From Candidatus Pacearchaeota archaeon (GTDB taxonomy: Archaea; Nanobdellota; Nanobdellia; Pacearchaeales; GW2011-AR1), in assembly GCA_041659945.1 (NCBI GenBank), contig JBAZXH010000001.1:627262-691261 (forward strand): DNA of 64,000 bases, written 5' to 3'. How positions within the stretch are numbered: position 1 is the stretch's first letter; each line of letters starts with the position of its first letter. Shown piece after piece: positions 54,510 through 62,652 of the stretch. The position numbers and the translations under genes were made by a program. The notes beneath the pieces were generated by a model. That model was given only the letters and a program-made list of their open reading frames with translations, did not search any database and was not told the origin of the DNA.

Positions 54510-55280
54510 ATGATAAAGAAGAATACAAGTGAAGATAAACTAAAAAAAGGTAATCAGTATTATGATCGATTTTCAGGAGTTTTAGGTAAGTATTATAACT
54601 TGCGTTCACTAGCAATGTCTTATCATGAGGAATTTCAAAATGTGGTTAAGGAAACATTAGCTCGGTTCGCCGATAATCATCCTAAATTACAAGAATTGAA
54701 GGTGTTAGAGATTGGTACGGGAACAGGTATAACTTCTATTCGAATTTTGGAAGCAAATTCAAGAATTAAACTTATCACTGTTGATGTTGATGAAAAATTA
54801 ATAGAAAAGGCTAAACAGGTATTAGTTGGCTTTGATGGGCGAATAGAATTTATTCATAAAGATATTTTATCAGTTCTGCAAGTTATGAATGACAGGTCTA
54901 TTGATGCTATGGCTTCAGCATTAACAATTCATAATTTTCCTACTGATTATCGAAATCAAATGATGAAGGAACTGGCGAGAGTCTTAAAGGAAGAGGGTTT
55001 GTTTGTTAATGCTGATAAATATGCTTTTGATGATCCAGAGGCTCATGTAAATAGTTTGAAAGAGCAAATAGACTCATTTGACATCTTTGATAAGATGGAT
55101 ATTCCTGAAGTTGATATTCTAGCATTAAAACAAGGATGGATAAAACACTATCAAGATGATGAAAAAACAAAAATTACTGAACAGGAACAAATAAAAATGC
55201 TTGAAGAATTAGGATTTAAAGATATTAAAGTTATTTTTAGAAAAAGTATGGAAGCTGTAATTACTGCGATAAAGAAGTAA
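54510..55280 (+). CDS. class I SAM-dependent methyltransferase
   Basis: VLEIGTGTGITS motif I. Confidence 0.7.
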   Translation: MIKKNTSEDKLKKGNQYYDRFSGVLGKYYNLRSLAMSYHEEFQNVVKETLARFADNHPKLQELKVLEIGTGTGITSIRILEANSRIKLITVDVDEKLIEKAKQVLVGFDGRIEFIHKDILSVLQVMNDRSIDAMASALTIHNFPTDYRNQMMKELARVLKEEGLFVNADKYAFDDPEAHVNSLKEQIDSFDIFDKMDIPEVDILALKQGWIKHYQDDEKTKITEQEQIKMLEELGFKDIKVIFRKSMEAVITAIKK

Positions 55281-55361
55281 TATAGTTGTGAAAAATTCTT
55301 TCGTAAGCTTTATAAATGATAAGTACTTTTTGCATTTGTAAATAGTAGTAATAACTTAAAA

Positions 55362-55979
55362 ATGGTCGATAAAATTAAAATTAAACCTGTGAAGGAAACT
55401 AAAGAATCTAAAGATATGAAGAAGCTTGAAGAATTATTAATTCAAGTGGGGTTAAGAATTGCTAAAAGAGGCGAAGGAGCTCTTTTTGTAATCGGAGATG
55501 TGGAGTATAAAACTTTGATTAAACAACAGGTTCCATCATTTAATGCTTTGAATAATCCAAAATTGCTTGAATCTCTAGCTTTGATGGATGGTGCTGTTCT
55601 TTTGGATAAGAAAGGAATGGTTAAAGCCTATGGGATTATGGTTAAGAGTAAAAAAGCGTTTAAGAATTTTGGAACTAGGCATAGTGCGGGTTTGTCTGCT
55701 TCCTATAACGGAAATACATCTATTATAATTTCTGAAGAAGACAGAAAGATTAGGATTATGAAAAATGGAAAGATGGTTATGCAAATAGATGCCCTTCAGA
55801 AAAATGTTGAAAAATCTGTTCCTGAAGTTGTTCATATTCTTGAGTCTCTTGGTGCTGGAACTGTTGGAACCATTGGAACAAGCTTGTTAGTTCCTGCCTT
55901 GGGAATTGCATTTTTGCCAGGAGTTGTTTTATTTGGAAGCGCTTATTATTTGGCAAAGTTACTTAGAAATAGAAAGTAA
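55362..55979 (+). CDS. diadenylate cyclase (DAC/DisA_N) domain protein with C-terminal TM anchor
   Basis: GEGALFVIG, MDGAVLLDKKG (DGA motif) and FGTRHSAGLSAS...IIISEEDRKIRIMKNG (RHR-type motif, here RHS). Hydrophobic tail is LLVPALGIAFLPGVVLFGSAYYL. Confidence 0.7.
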   Translation: MVDKIKIKPVKETKESKDMKKLEELLIQVGLRIAKRGEGALFVIGDVEYKTLIKQQVPSFNALNNPKLLESLALMDGAVLLDKKGMVKAYGIMVKSKKAFKNFGTRHSAGLSASYNGNTSIIISEEDRKIRIMKNGKMVMQIDALQKNVEKSVPEVVHILESLGAGTVGTIGTSLLVPALGIAFLPGVVLFGSAYYLAKLLRNRK

Positions 55980-55986
55980 TTTGTTT

Positions 55987-56286
55987 TTATCTTTTGCTTG
56001 GATTGAATTCTTTAATAATCCTCAATAATTTATCGCCCGCCTCTGCCATTGGTTCAAGTATTGGACTTAACTGGCCAATACCATAAACAAATCCTAGAGC
56101 TAGATCTTTGACTTTTTGATCAGTTATTTCGGTCTCATTTATTCCTCTAACATGAGTTAATGATAGGTACATTCTGTCTGGATCTAAATCTCTGAGAACT
56201 GGGCCATAACTTTCTCTAAAATTATCACATCCTAATATATCATTTAGTTCTCTTTCAAATGCATCATTGAATTCTTGGCGATTCAT
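55987..56286 (-). CDS. hypothetical acidic protein
   Basis: 99-aa ORF with no motif recognised. Confidence 0.4.
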   Translation of the reverse strand: MNRQEFNDAFERELNDILGCDNFRESYGPVLRDLDPDRMYLSLTHVRGINETEITDQKVKDLALGFVYGIGQLSPILEPMAEAGDKLLRIIKEFNPSKR

Positions 56287-56387
56287 GTTTTTTGTAGGTT
56301 TTTGTGTATTTATATATGTTTCTCTTTTATAGTATAAATCTATCTTTCAAAAGATTTATAAACCTACTTAACTATTGTTAACTCAAG

Positions 56388-57563
56388 ATGAAAAAACAAT
56401 TTTATTTTGATAATGCAGCAACGACTAAGGTTGATCCCATTGTTGTGAATGAAATGAAAAAATATTTTTTAGATAGTTATGGAAATGCTTCTTCAATTCA
56501 TAGTGTTGGAGAGGAAGCTAGGAAAGCTCTTGATAAAGCTAGAGAAATAATTGCTAGGTCAATAAATGTTTTGCCTAAGGAGATTATATTTACTTCAAGC
56601 GGAACTGAATCAAATAATTTTGTAGTTAAAGGACTTGCTTTCACCTATCCTGAAAAGAAACATATAATTACAACTAAAATAGAGCATGATTGTATTCTTA
56701 ATGCTTGTAAATGGCTTGAAAGACATCAAGGATATAAAATAACTTATTTAGATGTTGATAAGGAAGGGTTTGTGGATATTAATCAGCTGAAGAATTCAAT
56801 AACTGAAAATACTCTTTTAGTTTCAGTTATTCATGGAAATAATGAAATGGGAACAATACAAGATTTGAGTAAAATTGCTGAGATATGTCATAGTAAGGGA
56901 GTTTTTTTTCATAGTGATGCCTGCCAGAGTTATACAAAGACATTTATTGATGTTAAAAAGCAGGGCATTGATTTGTTGACTTTAAATTCACATAAGATTC
57001 ATGGTCCTAAGGGAGTTGGTGCACTTTATATTAAGTCTGGAATTAAAATTGTTCCTCTTTTGCATGGTGGAGGCCAGGAATTTAATAAAAGATCTAGCAC
57101 TGAAAATATTCCGGGAATTGTTGGCTTTTCAAAGGCTGTTTCAATTGCTTTTTCAGCTGTGGGTAAAAAGGGGGTAGCTGAGATGACGAAGTTAAGAGAT
57201 TATATGATAAAAAAGTTGCTTGAAGTTCCTGAATCAAGATTAAATGGTGCTAGAGGAAAAGATAGATTATGTAATAATATTAATATTTCCTTTGCTAAGA
57301 TAGAGGGAGAATCAATAGCTGCAATGTTAAATTTAAAGGGAATTTGTGTTTCTACTGGAAGTGCATGCAGTTCAAAAAGTCTTGATCCGAGTCATGTTAT
57401 AATGGCCATTGAAAGCAATCCAGAAAGAGCTCACGGATCAATAAGATACTCGATAAGCAAATATACAAAAAAAAGTGAAATTGATTATGTTATTAGTGAG
57501 ACAAAAAAAGTTGTTGAACAACTGAGAAAGATATCTCCTTTAACTAAAAAATTACCAAATTAA
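56388..57563 (+). CDS. nifS: cysteine desulfurase (NifS/IscS type)
   Basis: YFDNAATT, SSGTESNN, NSHKIHGPKGVG (PLP Lys) and STGSACSS (active-site Cys). A TTTATAAA box lies 26 nt upstream of the ATG. Confidence 0.92.
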   Translation: MKKQFYFDNAATTKVDPIVVNEMKKYFLDSYGNASSIHSVGEEARKALDKAREIIARSINVLPKEIIFTSSGTESNNFVVKGLAFTYPEKKHIITTKIEHDCILNACKWLERHQGYKITYLDVDKEGFVDINQLKNSITENTLLVSVIHGNNEMGTIQDLSKIAEICHSKGVFFHSDACQSYTKTFIDVKKQGIDLLTLNSHKIHGPKGVGALYIKSGIKIVPLLHGGGQEFNKRSSTENIPGIVGFSKAVSIAFSAVGKKGVAEMTKLRDYMIKKLLEVPESRLNGARGKDRLCNNINISFAKIEGESIAAMLNLKGICVSTGSACSSKSLDPSHVIMAIESNPERAHGSIRYSISKYTKKSEIDYVISETKKVVEQLRKISPLTKKLPN

Positions 57564-57590
57564 ACTAACCTAAATTAAAATAAACATAAA

Positions 57591-57962
57591 ATGTACTCAA
57601 AAAAAGTAATGGCCCGGTTTACAAAACCAAAATTTGCAAGAGAAATGAAAGATGCAGATGCAGTTGGAGAAGTTGGAAATGTTAAGTGTGGAGATATTAT
57701 GAGAGTTTACATAAAGGTAAAAGACAATAAAATAAAAGACATAAGTTTCATGACCTATGGTTGTGTTGCAGCAATCGCTTCTTCTGATTATCTGTGTGAA
57801 ATTGCTAAAGGTAAGACCTTGGCTCAGGCAGCTAAGATAACTAGTAGAGATGTTATCAAAGTGATGGGGGACGTTCCACAGATAAAGATCCACTGTTCTG
57901 TACTTGCGCAGGATGCTTTGAAAAAAGCTATTGAGAATTATAAGAAGATTAATAATCAATAG
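57591..57962 (+). CDS. nifU: Fe-S cluster scaffold NifU/IscU
   Basis: VGNVKCGDIM, YGCVAAIASS and KIHCSVLA, the three scaffold cysteines. Confidence 0.88.
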   Translation: MYSKKVMARFTKPKFAREMKDADAVGEVGNVKCGDIMRVYIKVKDNKIKDISFMTYGCVAAIASSDYLCEIAKGKTLAQAAKITSRDVIKVMGDVPQIKIHCSVLAQDALKKAIENYKKINNQ

Positions 57963-58000
57963 TAATAATTCATAACTCTTATAAATGGAAAATTTAACTA

Positions 58001-58642
58001 ATGAAAATGGAATCAAATAAAGATAAGTTACCTATTTGTTGTAGCCCTAATGTTAATAGTGATAAATCAAAAGGAATCAAACAGGGAATTTTCTATGGAT
58101 TAATTCCACATGCAGGATGTATAGCCTTTATAGTCTTAAGTGTATTAGGTATGACTTTTGCAGCATCTATATTTAAGCCATTATTAATGAAATCATATTT
58201 CTTTTATGCTATGATTGGTTTATCTTTAGTATTTGCTACATTATCTGCTGGTTTTTATTTAAGAAAAAATAAAAGTCTTTCATTTAAGGGGATTAAAGGA
58301 CATAAATCTTATTTGTTAATCATGTATGGTATTACTATTGGTGTTGCTTTAGTATTATACTTTTTTATTTTCCCAATGGTTGTTGGAGCTACTATTAACA
58401 TGTCTGGAAGTGCTGTTAAAGATTTGGATAGTTATCAAAGCGTTACTTTACAGGTAGCTATTCCATGTAGTGGTCATGGTCCTTTGATAGTTGAAGAAGT
58501 AAAGAAAGTTGATGGAGTAATTGATGTTAAGTTTAAAGATCCAAATATCTTTCAAGTATTTTATGATTCTTCTAAAACAGATAAGCAAAAAATAGAATCA
58601 ATTTCTATTTTTAATGAATATAAAGCAAAAGAGGTAAATTAA
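58001..58642 (+). CDS. polytopic membrane protein with C-terminal ferredoxin-fold (HMA-like, no CxxC) domain
   Basis: N-terminal PICCSP, 4-5 TM segments, and C-terminal VTLQVAIPCSGHGPLIVEEVKKVDGVIDVKF. Confidence 0.45.
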   Translation: MKMESNKDKLPICCSPNVNSDKSKGIKQGIFYGLIPHAGCIAFIVLSVLGMTFAASIFKPLLMKSYFFYAMIGLSLVFATLSAGFYLRKNKSLSFKGIKGHKSYLLIMYGITIGVALVLYFFIFPMVVGATINMSGSAVKDLDSYQSVTLQVAIPCSGHGPLIVEEVKKVDGVIDVKFKDPNIFQVFYDSSKTDKQKIESISIFNEYKAKEVN

Positions 58643-58643
58643 C

Positions 58644-58982
58644 ATGAGAATGTGGTTAGTTAAGCCTAGTTTAATGTGTAATCAACATTTACTTGGTGAA
58701 CATGTAGAAATGCATATGTTTGTTGGAACCATTAATAGAGGCAAATCAATTGAAGGATATATTAAGAGGGGTTTAGTTGAAACAAGTCTAATTGAAAAAA
58801 GACATAAGGATCTAGCCATCGAATTAAAAAAGAGGGGTTTTAATCATAAATCAAATTTACCAAAATTTAATATTAAGTCCTATGGCAATGTTGATAAAAA
58901 CCTTAGTTTGATTGAATTAAAAAAAAGGTGCGTTAAATGTAAAAGTAGAATAGTAAATAATAGAGGCATTTTAGATGAATAA
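58644..58982 (+). CDS. pyrimidine-dimer DNA glycosylase (T4 endonuclease V/DenV-like)
   Basis: SLMCNQHLLGEHVEMHMFVG vs T4 DenV ELADQHLMAEYRELPRVFG, and IEKRHKDLAIELKKRGFNHK vs [20 protein letters not shown]. The T4 sequences are recalled from memory. Confidence 0.55.
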   Translation: MRMWLVKPSLMCNQHLLGEHVEMHMFVGTINRGKSIEGYIKRGLVETSLIEKRHKDLAIELKKRGFNHKSNLPKFNIKSYGNVDKNLSLIELKKRCVKCKSRIVNNRGILDE

Positions 58983-59211
58983 AATTTTAATGATATTGAT
59001 TGTATTGCCTTTGATGGCTGCATTTTTAGTTGCATCTGTGGCTGCGCAGAACTATAATTGTTTTGGTGGAGGAATGATGTCTGGTTTTTATGGCAGTTAT
59101 GGAATTGGTATGATGATACTTGCTTGGATTCTTTATGCTTTATTTATTGTTTTGGTTGGTGCAGGAATTTATTGGTTGATAAAGTCTGCAAATAAACATA
59201 AATCTAAATAA
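58975..59211 (+). CDS. small membrane protein
   Basis: 78 aa with a signal/TM at the N-terminus and a second TM. Confidence 0.4.
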   Translation: MNKILMILIVLPLMAAFLVASVAAQNYNCFGGGMMSGFYGSYGIGMMILAWILYALFIVLVGAGIYWLIKSANKHKSK

Positions 59212-59232
59212 ATCTTTTACATTTATTATAAG

Positions 59233-59847
59233 ATGGCAAAAAATCTAATATCCAAAAATGAAAAGTTCTTTGATTTTATTTCTCAGTATTATAACTCTTT
59301 TTCTGGGGGAAATTCTCTTAAGATTTATAATAAAATGATTAAGGTTCTTGACATTAAGGATAAATCGAAAGTCTTAGATGCTGGTTGTGGGACAGGAAAT
59401 CTTTTATATTTTTTGTATAAAAGAAACAGAAATATTAGCCTTTATGGTATTGATGTATCTAGTAAAATGTTGAGCTTTGCCAGGGAAAAGTTTGACAGGG
59501 CAAAAGTCACCATTGAACTAAAAAAAGAGAGTGTTGAAAATATTTCGTTTAATGCTGGATTTTTTGATTTTGTTTTTAGTGTTGATGCTTTTCATCACTA
59601 TTCAAATCCTTTTGCAGCCTTTAAGAAGTTTTATTATGTTTTGAAGAAAGGCGGAAAATTGGCAATTATTGATTTTGATTTCGGAATGATTGGTAATAAA
59701 ATATTTCACTATCTTGAACCTGGAAATAAAAAAGGTTATTCAAAAAAAGAAATTTATAATTTTTATGTAGAAAATGGATTTGGTAATATTAAACAGTATA
59801 AGCTTGGTTGGTTTAGTTGGCTTACGATTGGAACCAAGCTTAAATAA
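59233..59847 (+). CDS. class I SAM-dependent methyltransferase (type 11)
   Basis: VLDAGCGTGNLL motif I. Confidence 0.7.
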   Translation: MAKNLISKNEKFFDFISQYYNSFSGGNSLKIYNKMIKVLDIKDKSKVLDAGCGTGNLLYFLYKRNRNISLYGIDVSSKMLSFAREKFDRAKVTIELKKESVENISFNAGFFDFVFSVDAFHHYSNPFAAFKKFYYVLKKGGKLAIIDFDFGMIGNKIFHYLEPGNKKGYSKKEIYNFYVENGFGNIKQYKLGWFSWLTIGTKLK

Positions 59848-60071
59848 TGATCATGAAAAAAATAAAACTAACAATTGAAGGAATGCATTGTGCTAGCTGC
59901 GCTTCTAATGCAGAACGAGCTCTGAAGAAAGTTAAAGGGGTTAGGGAAGTTTCTGTAAGTGTTATGACAAAGAAAGGTTTTGTTGAGGCTGAAGATGATG
60001 TCTCTAAAGAAGATATGAAAAGAGCTGTGGCAAAGGCAGGATATAAAGTGGTTAATGTTGAAGAAAATTAG
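59847..60071 (+). CDS. copZ: copper chaperone, HMA domain
   Basis: LTIEGMHCASCA (GMxCxxC). TAATG overlap with the upstream stop. Confidence 0.82.
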   Translation: MIMKKIKLTIEGMHCASCASNAERALKKVKGVREVSVSVMTKKGFVEAEDDVSKEDMKRAVAKAGYKVVNVEEN

Positions 60072-60083
60072 GTATTTATAATT

Positions 60084-62051
60084 ATGAAGCACAAAAAGAA
60101 ATACAAAGAATCTCCTGAAGAAGCGGAAATGAGGAGTTGGAAAAGGAAACTCTTAGCTAGTTGGATCTTTGTTATACCTCTTGTTATCTTAATGTTATCA
60201 GATAGACTTTTTGGTATTCAACTTTTAGGTGAAACTTTGATGACAATTGTAGCACTTATTCTTTCTTTTCCAGTAATTTTTATTTTTGGTTTTGAAACTC
60301 AAAAACAAGGATTAAGAGGATTTTGGAGATTTTATTTTAGTATGGATTCTTTAATTGCTTTGGGTACAGTTGTAGCTTATCTTACTGGAATTTTAAGTCT
60401 TTTTAGTATTACCAGTGATTATTCTGGCGTTAGTGCAATGATTATGGCTTTTTTTGTTACGGGTAAATATGTAGAGTCAATTGCTAAAGGAAAGGCAAGT
60501 CAGGAAATAAAAAAATTACTTCAATTGGGTGCAAAGAAAGCAAGAGTAGTGGTTGATGGTAAGGAAGTTGAAATTGAAATTTCAAAATTACAAGTGGGTG
60601 ATATGATGGTTGTTAAGCCGGGAGAAAAAATACCAACTGATGGAGTTGTTGTAAAAGGTGAAAGTGCTGTTGATGAAAGTATGATAACTGGAGAAAGTTT
60701 GCCAGTTGAAAAATCAAAAAATGATTTGGTTATTGGTTCAACTATCAATCAGGATGGAATCATTTATATTCGGGCAACTAAAATTGGAAAGGATACTTTT
60801 TTGGCCCATATAATTAACCTAGTTGAAGAAGCTCAGGGCACTAAGGTTCCGATACAAAAGGTTGCAGATAAAATAACTTCCATATTTGTTCCAGCAATTT
60901 TAGTTTTAGCTTTGATTACCTTTTTTTCATGGTGGTATTTTGCACATGATTTAAGTAGATCGATAAGTGTGGCAATTTCTGTATTGGTTATAGCGTGTCC
61001 GTGTGCTCTTGGTCTTGCAACACCAACTGCCCTGATGGTTGGTTCGGGAATTGGAGCTAAGAATGGAATATTGATACGAAAGGGAGAGGCAATACAAACG
61101 ATGAAGGAAATTAAAGTGATTGTTTTGGATAAAACTGGAACAATAACTAAAGGAAGGCCAGAAGTTAGAGAGATTTATTCTAAAATTAATGAAAATGATT
61201 TGATGCAGATTGTTTTAAGTTTAGAAAGATTGAGCGAACATCCGATTGCTAGATCAATTGTTGAATATGCAAAAATGAAAAATATTACTAAACATTTTGA
61301 AGTTGGAAAATTTAAAATTTTAAGAGGTAGAGGGCTTGAGGGAATTGTAAATAAAAAACAGATTATAATTGGAAATCAAACTCTGATGAGAGAAAGAAAA
61401 ATATCTCTGGCAGGTTTTGAAAGTAAAATTAATGCTTTTGAATCTCAGGGATATACGGTAATGATTGTTGTTGAAACTAATAAAATTTTAGGAATTATTG
61501 CCATTGCTGATGCGATCAAAGAGGATTCTGTCAGAGCAATAAAGTATCTTCAAAAAGAAGGTTATAAAATAATTATGATAACTGGAGATAATTTAGCAAC
61601 AGCTAAAGCTATTGCAAATCAAGCAGGAATTAAAGAAGTTATTGCAAATGTTTTGCCTGAAGAAAAAGCACAAAAAATTGTGGATCTTCAGAATAAATCA
61701 AAAGGAAGATTTATGATTGCTTTTGTTGGTGATGGTATTAATGATGCTCCGGCACTTAAACAGGCTAATGTGGGTTTTGCAATTGGAACTGGCACAGACA
61801 TTGCAATAGAAGCTGGAGATATTGTTTTGGTAAATGGTTCTCTAAGAGGTTTGGTTAAATCAATAAATCTTTCAAAAGCAACTTTTAAAAAAATAAAACA
61901 AAATTTATTTTGGGCTTTTGCGTATAATGTTGTTGCAATACCAATTGCAGTGGCAGGTATTTTACATCCAGTTATAGCTGAGATAGCAATGGCAACTTCA
62001 TCAATAACTGTTGTAACAAATGCATTGCTATTGAAGAAAGTTAAGATTTAA
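60084..62051 (+). CDS. copA: copper-translocating P1B-type ATPase (no N-terminal HMA domain)
   Basis: [27 protein letters not shown] and GDGINDAP. Confidence 0.92.
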   Translation: MKHKKKYKESPEEAEMRSWKRKLLASWIFVIPLVILMLSDRLFGIQLLGETLMTIVALILSFPVIFIFGFETQKQGLRGFWRFYFSMDSLIALGTVVAYLTGILSLFSITSDYSGVSAMIMAFFVTGKYVESIAKGKASQEIKKLLQLGAKKARVVVDGKEVEIEISKLQVGDMMVVKPGEKIPTDGVVVKGESAVDESMITGESLPVEKSKNDLVIGSTINQDGIIYIRATKIGKDTFLAHIINLVEEAQGTKVPIQKVADKITSIFVPAILVLALITFFSWWYFAHDLSRSISVAISVLVIACPCALGLATPTALMVGSGIGAKNGILIRKGEAIQTMKEIKVIVLDKTGTITKGRPEVREIYSKINENDLMQIVLSLERLSEHPIARSIVEYAKMKNITKHFEVGKFKILRGRGLEGIVNKKQIIIGNQTLMRERKISLAGFESKINAFESQGYTVMIVVETNKILGIIAIADAIKEDSVRAIKYLQKEGYKIIMITGDNLATAKAIANQAGIKEVIANVLPEEKAQKIVDLQNKSKGRFMIAFVGDGINDAPALKQANVGFAIGTGTDIAIEAGDIVLVNGSLRGLVKSINLSKATFKKIKQNLFWAFAYNVVAIPIAVAGILHPVIAEIAMATSSITVVTNALLLKKVKI

Positions 62052-62131
62052 CTTTTATCGAGAACATTTGATTTTTATAATTTATCACCGAAATATTTAA
62101 ATAGTTACATGATTAGTAAATTTCCTAATAT

Positions 62132-62178
62132 ATACAATTAAGTGTATAATAAAAAAGAGGGTATACAACCTGTTGTAT
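62132..62178. promoter_or_regulatory. two candidate NrdR boxes 31 bp apart
   Basis: ATACAATTAAGTGTAT (62132-62147) and ATACAACCTGTTGTAT (62163-62178) are 16-bp palindromes. Each matches 11 of 16 positions of the bacterial NrdR-box consensus as I recall it (acaCwAtATaTwGtgt). They lie directly upstream of the nrdR ATG. Confidence 0.4.
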
Positions 62179-62189
62179 GTCGCACAATC

Positions 62190-62627
62190 ATGATTTGTCC
62201 ATTTTGTCAGCACAATGAAACAAAGGTAACTGATAAGAGAGAGTCAACTAATTCAACAACTAGAAGGAGAAGAGAGTGTTTGAAATGTGAAAAAAGATTT
62301 ACAACATATGAAAAGGTTGAACCAATTGAAAGATATGTTGTTAAAAAAGATGGTAGAAGAGAGCCGTTTAACCGAGATAAGATATTTTTAGGAATTGTTA
62401 AGGCTTGTGAAAAGAGAAATGTTGGATATGATCAAATTGAAAAGATTGTTCGAACTATTGAAGAAAACGTGATGAAAGCTGAAAAAGAAATTTCAACTAA
62501 AAAAATTGGAGAGTCTATTATGAAACAACTAAAAACTATTGATAAGGTAGCATACATACGTTTTGCTTCAGTTTACAAAGATTTTCATGATATTGATGAT
62601 TTTAAAACTGCAATAGAGCAGGCTTAA
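62190..62627 (+). CDS. nrdR: transcriptional repressor NrdR
   Basis: MICPFCQHNETKVTDKRES...RRRRECLKCEKRFTTYE zinc ribbon followed by an ATP-cone. Start set at the ATG at 62190 rather than the GTG at 62142. Confidence 0.85.
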   Translation: MICPFCQHNETKVTDKRESTNSTTRRRRECLKCEKRFTTYEKVEPIERYVVKKDGRREPFNRDKIFLGIVKACEKRNVGYDQIEKIVRTIEENVMKAEKEISTKKIGESIMKQLKTIDKVAYIRFASVYKDFHDIDDFKTAIEQA

Positions 62628-62652
62628 AAAATAAAATAAAAAAGAAGAAAAC

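Noticed and set aside
3086-60748. About 55 short ORFs in the track that lie antisense to, or out of frame within, longer motif-bearing genes. Examples are 3086..3277, 4013..4222, 4936..5187, 5343..5636, 6056..6376, 9632..10138, 15625..15858, 17318..17551, 18533..18844, 21787..22038, 24271..24732, 24506..24877, 26295..26582, 27661..28011, 29274..29609, 31704..31919, 35378..35707, 38360..38608, 40412..40627, 43024..43314, 44595..44969, 45338..45637, 50759..51082, 51676..51945, 54012..54275, 55575..55835, 57597..58016, 59868..60092 and 60521..60748.
   Set aside because: Each is fully or mostly overlapped by a longer ORF with recognisable motifs or better context. Their products are Leu/Phe/Ser/Ile-rich low-complexity strings, typical of shadow frames in AT-rich DNA.
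10470-62189. The longer N-terminal extensions given in the ORF track for 4201, 10470, 10927, 12130, 19962 (minus strand), 30480 (minus strand), 45898, 48410 and 62142.
   Set aside because: Each extension overlaps the preceding gene or a tRNA, or starts at a non-ATG codon. Meanwhile an in-frame ATG sits exactly at a TAAAATG/ATGA junction, after an SD, or ~25 nt from a TATA box.
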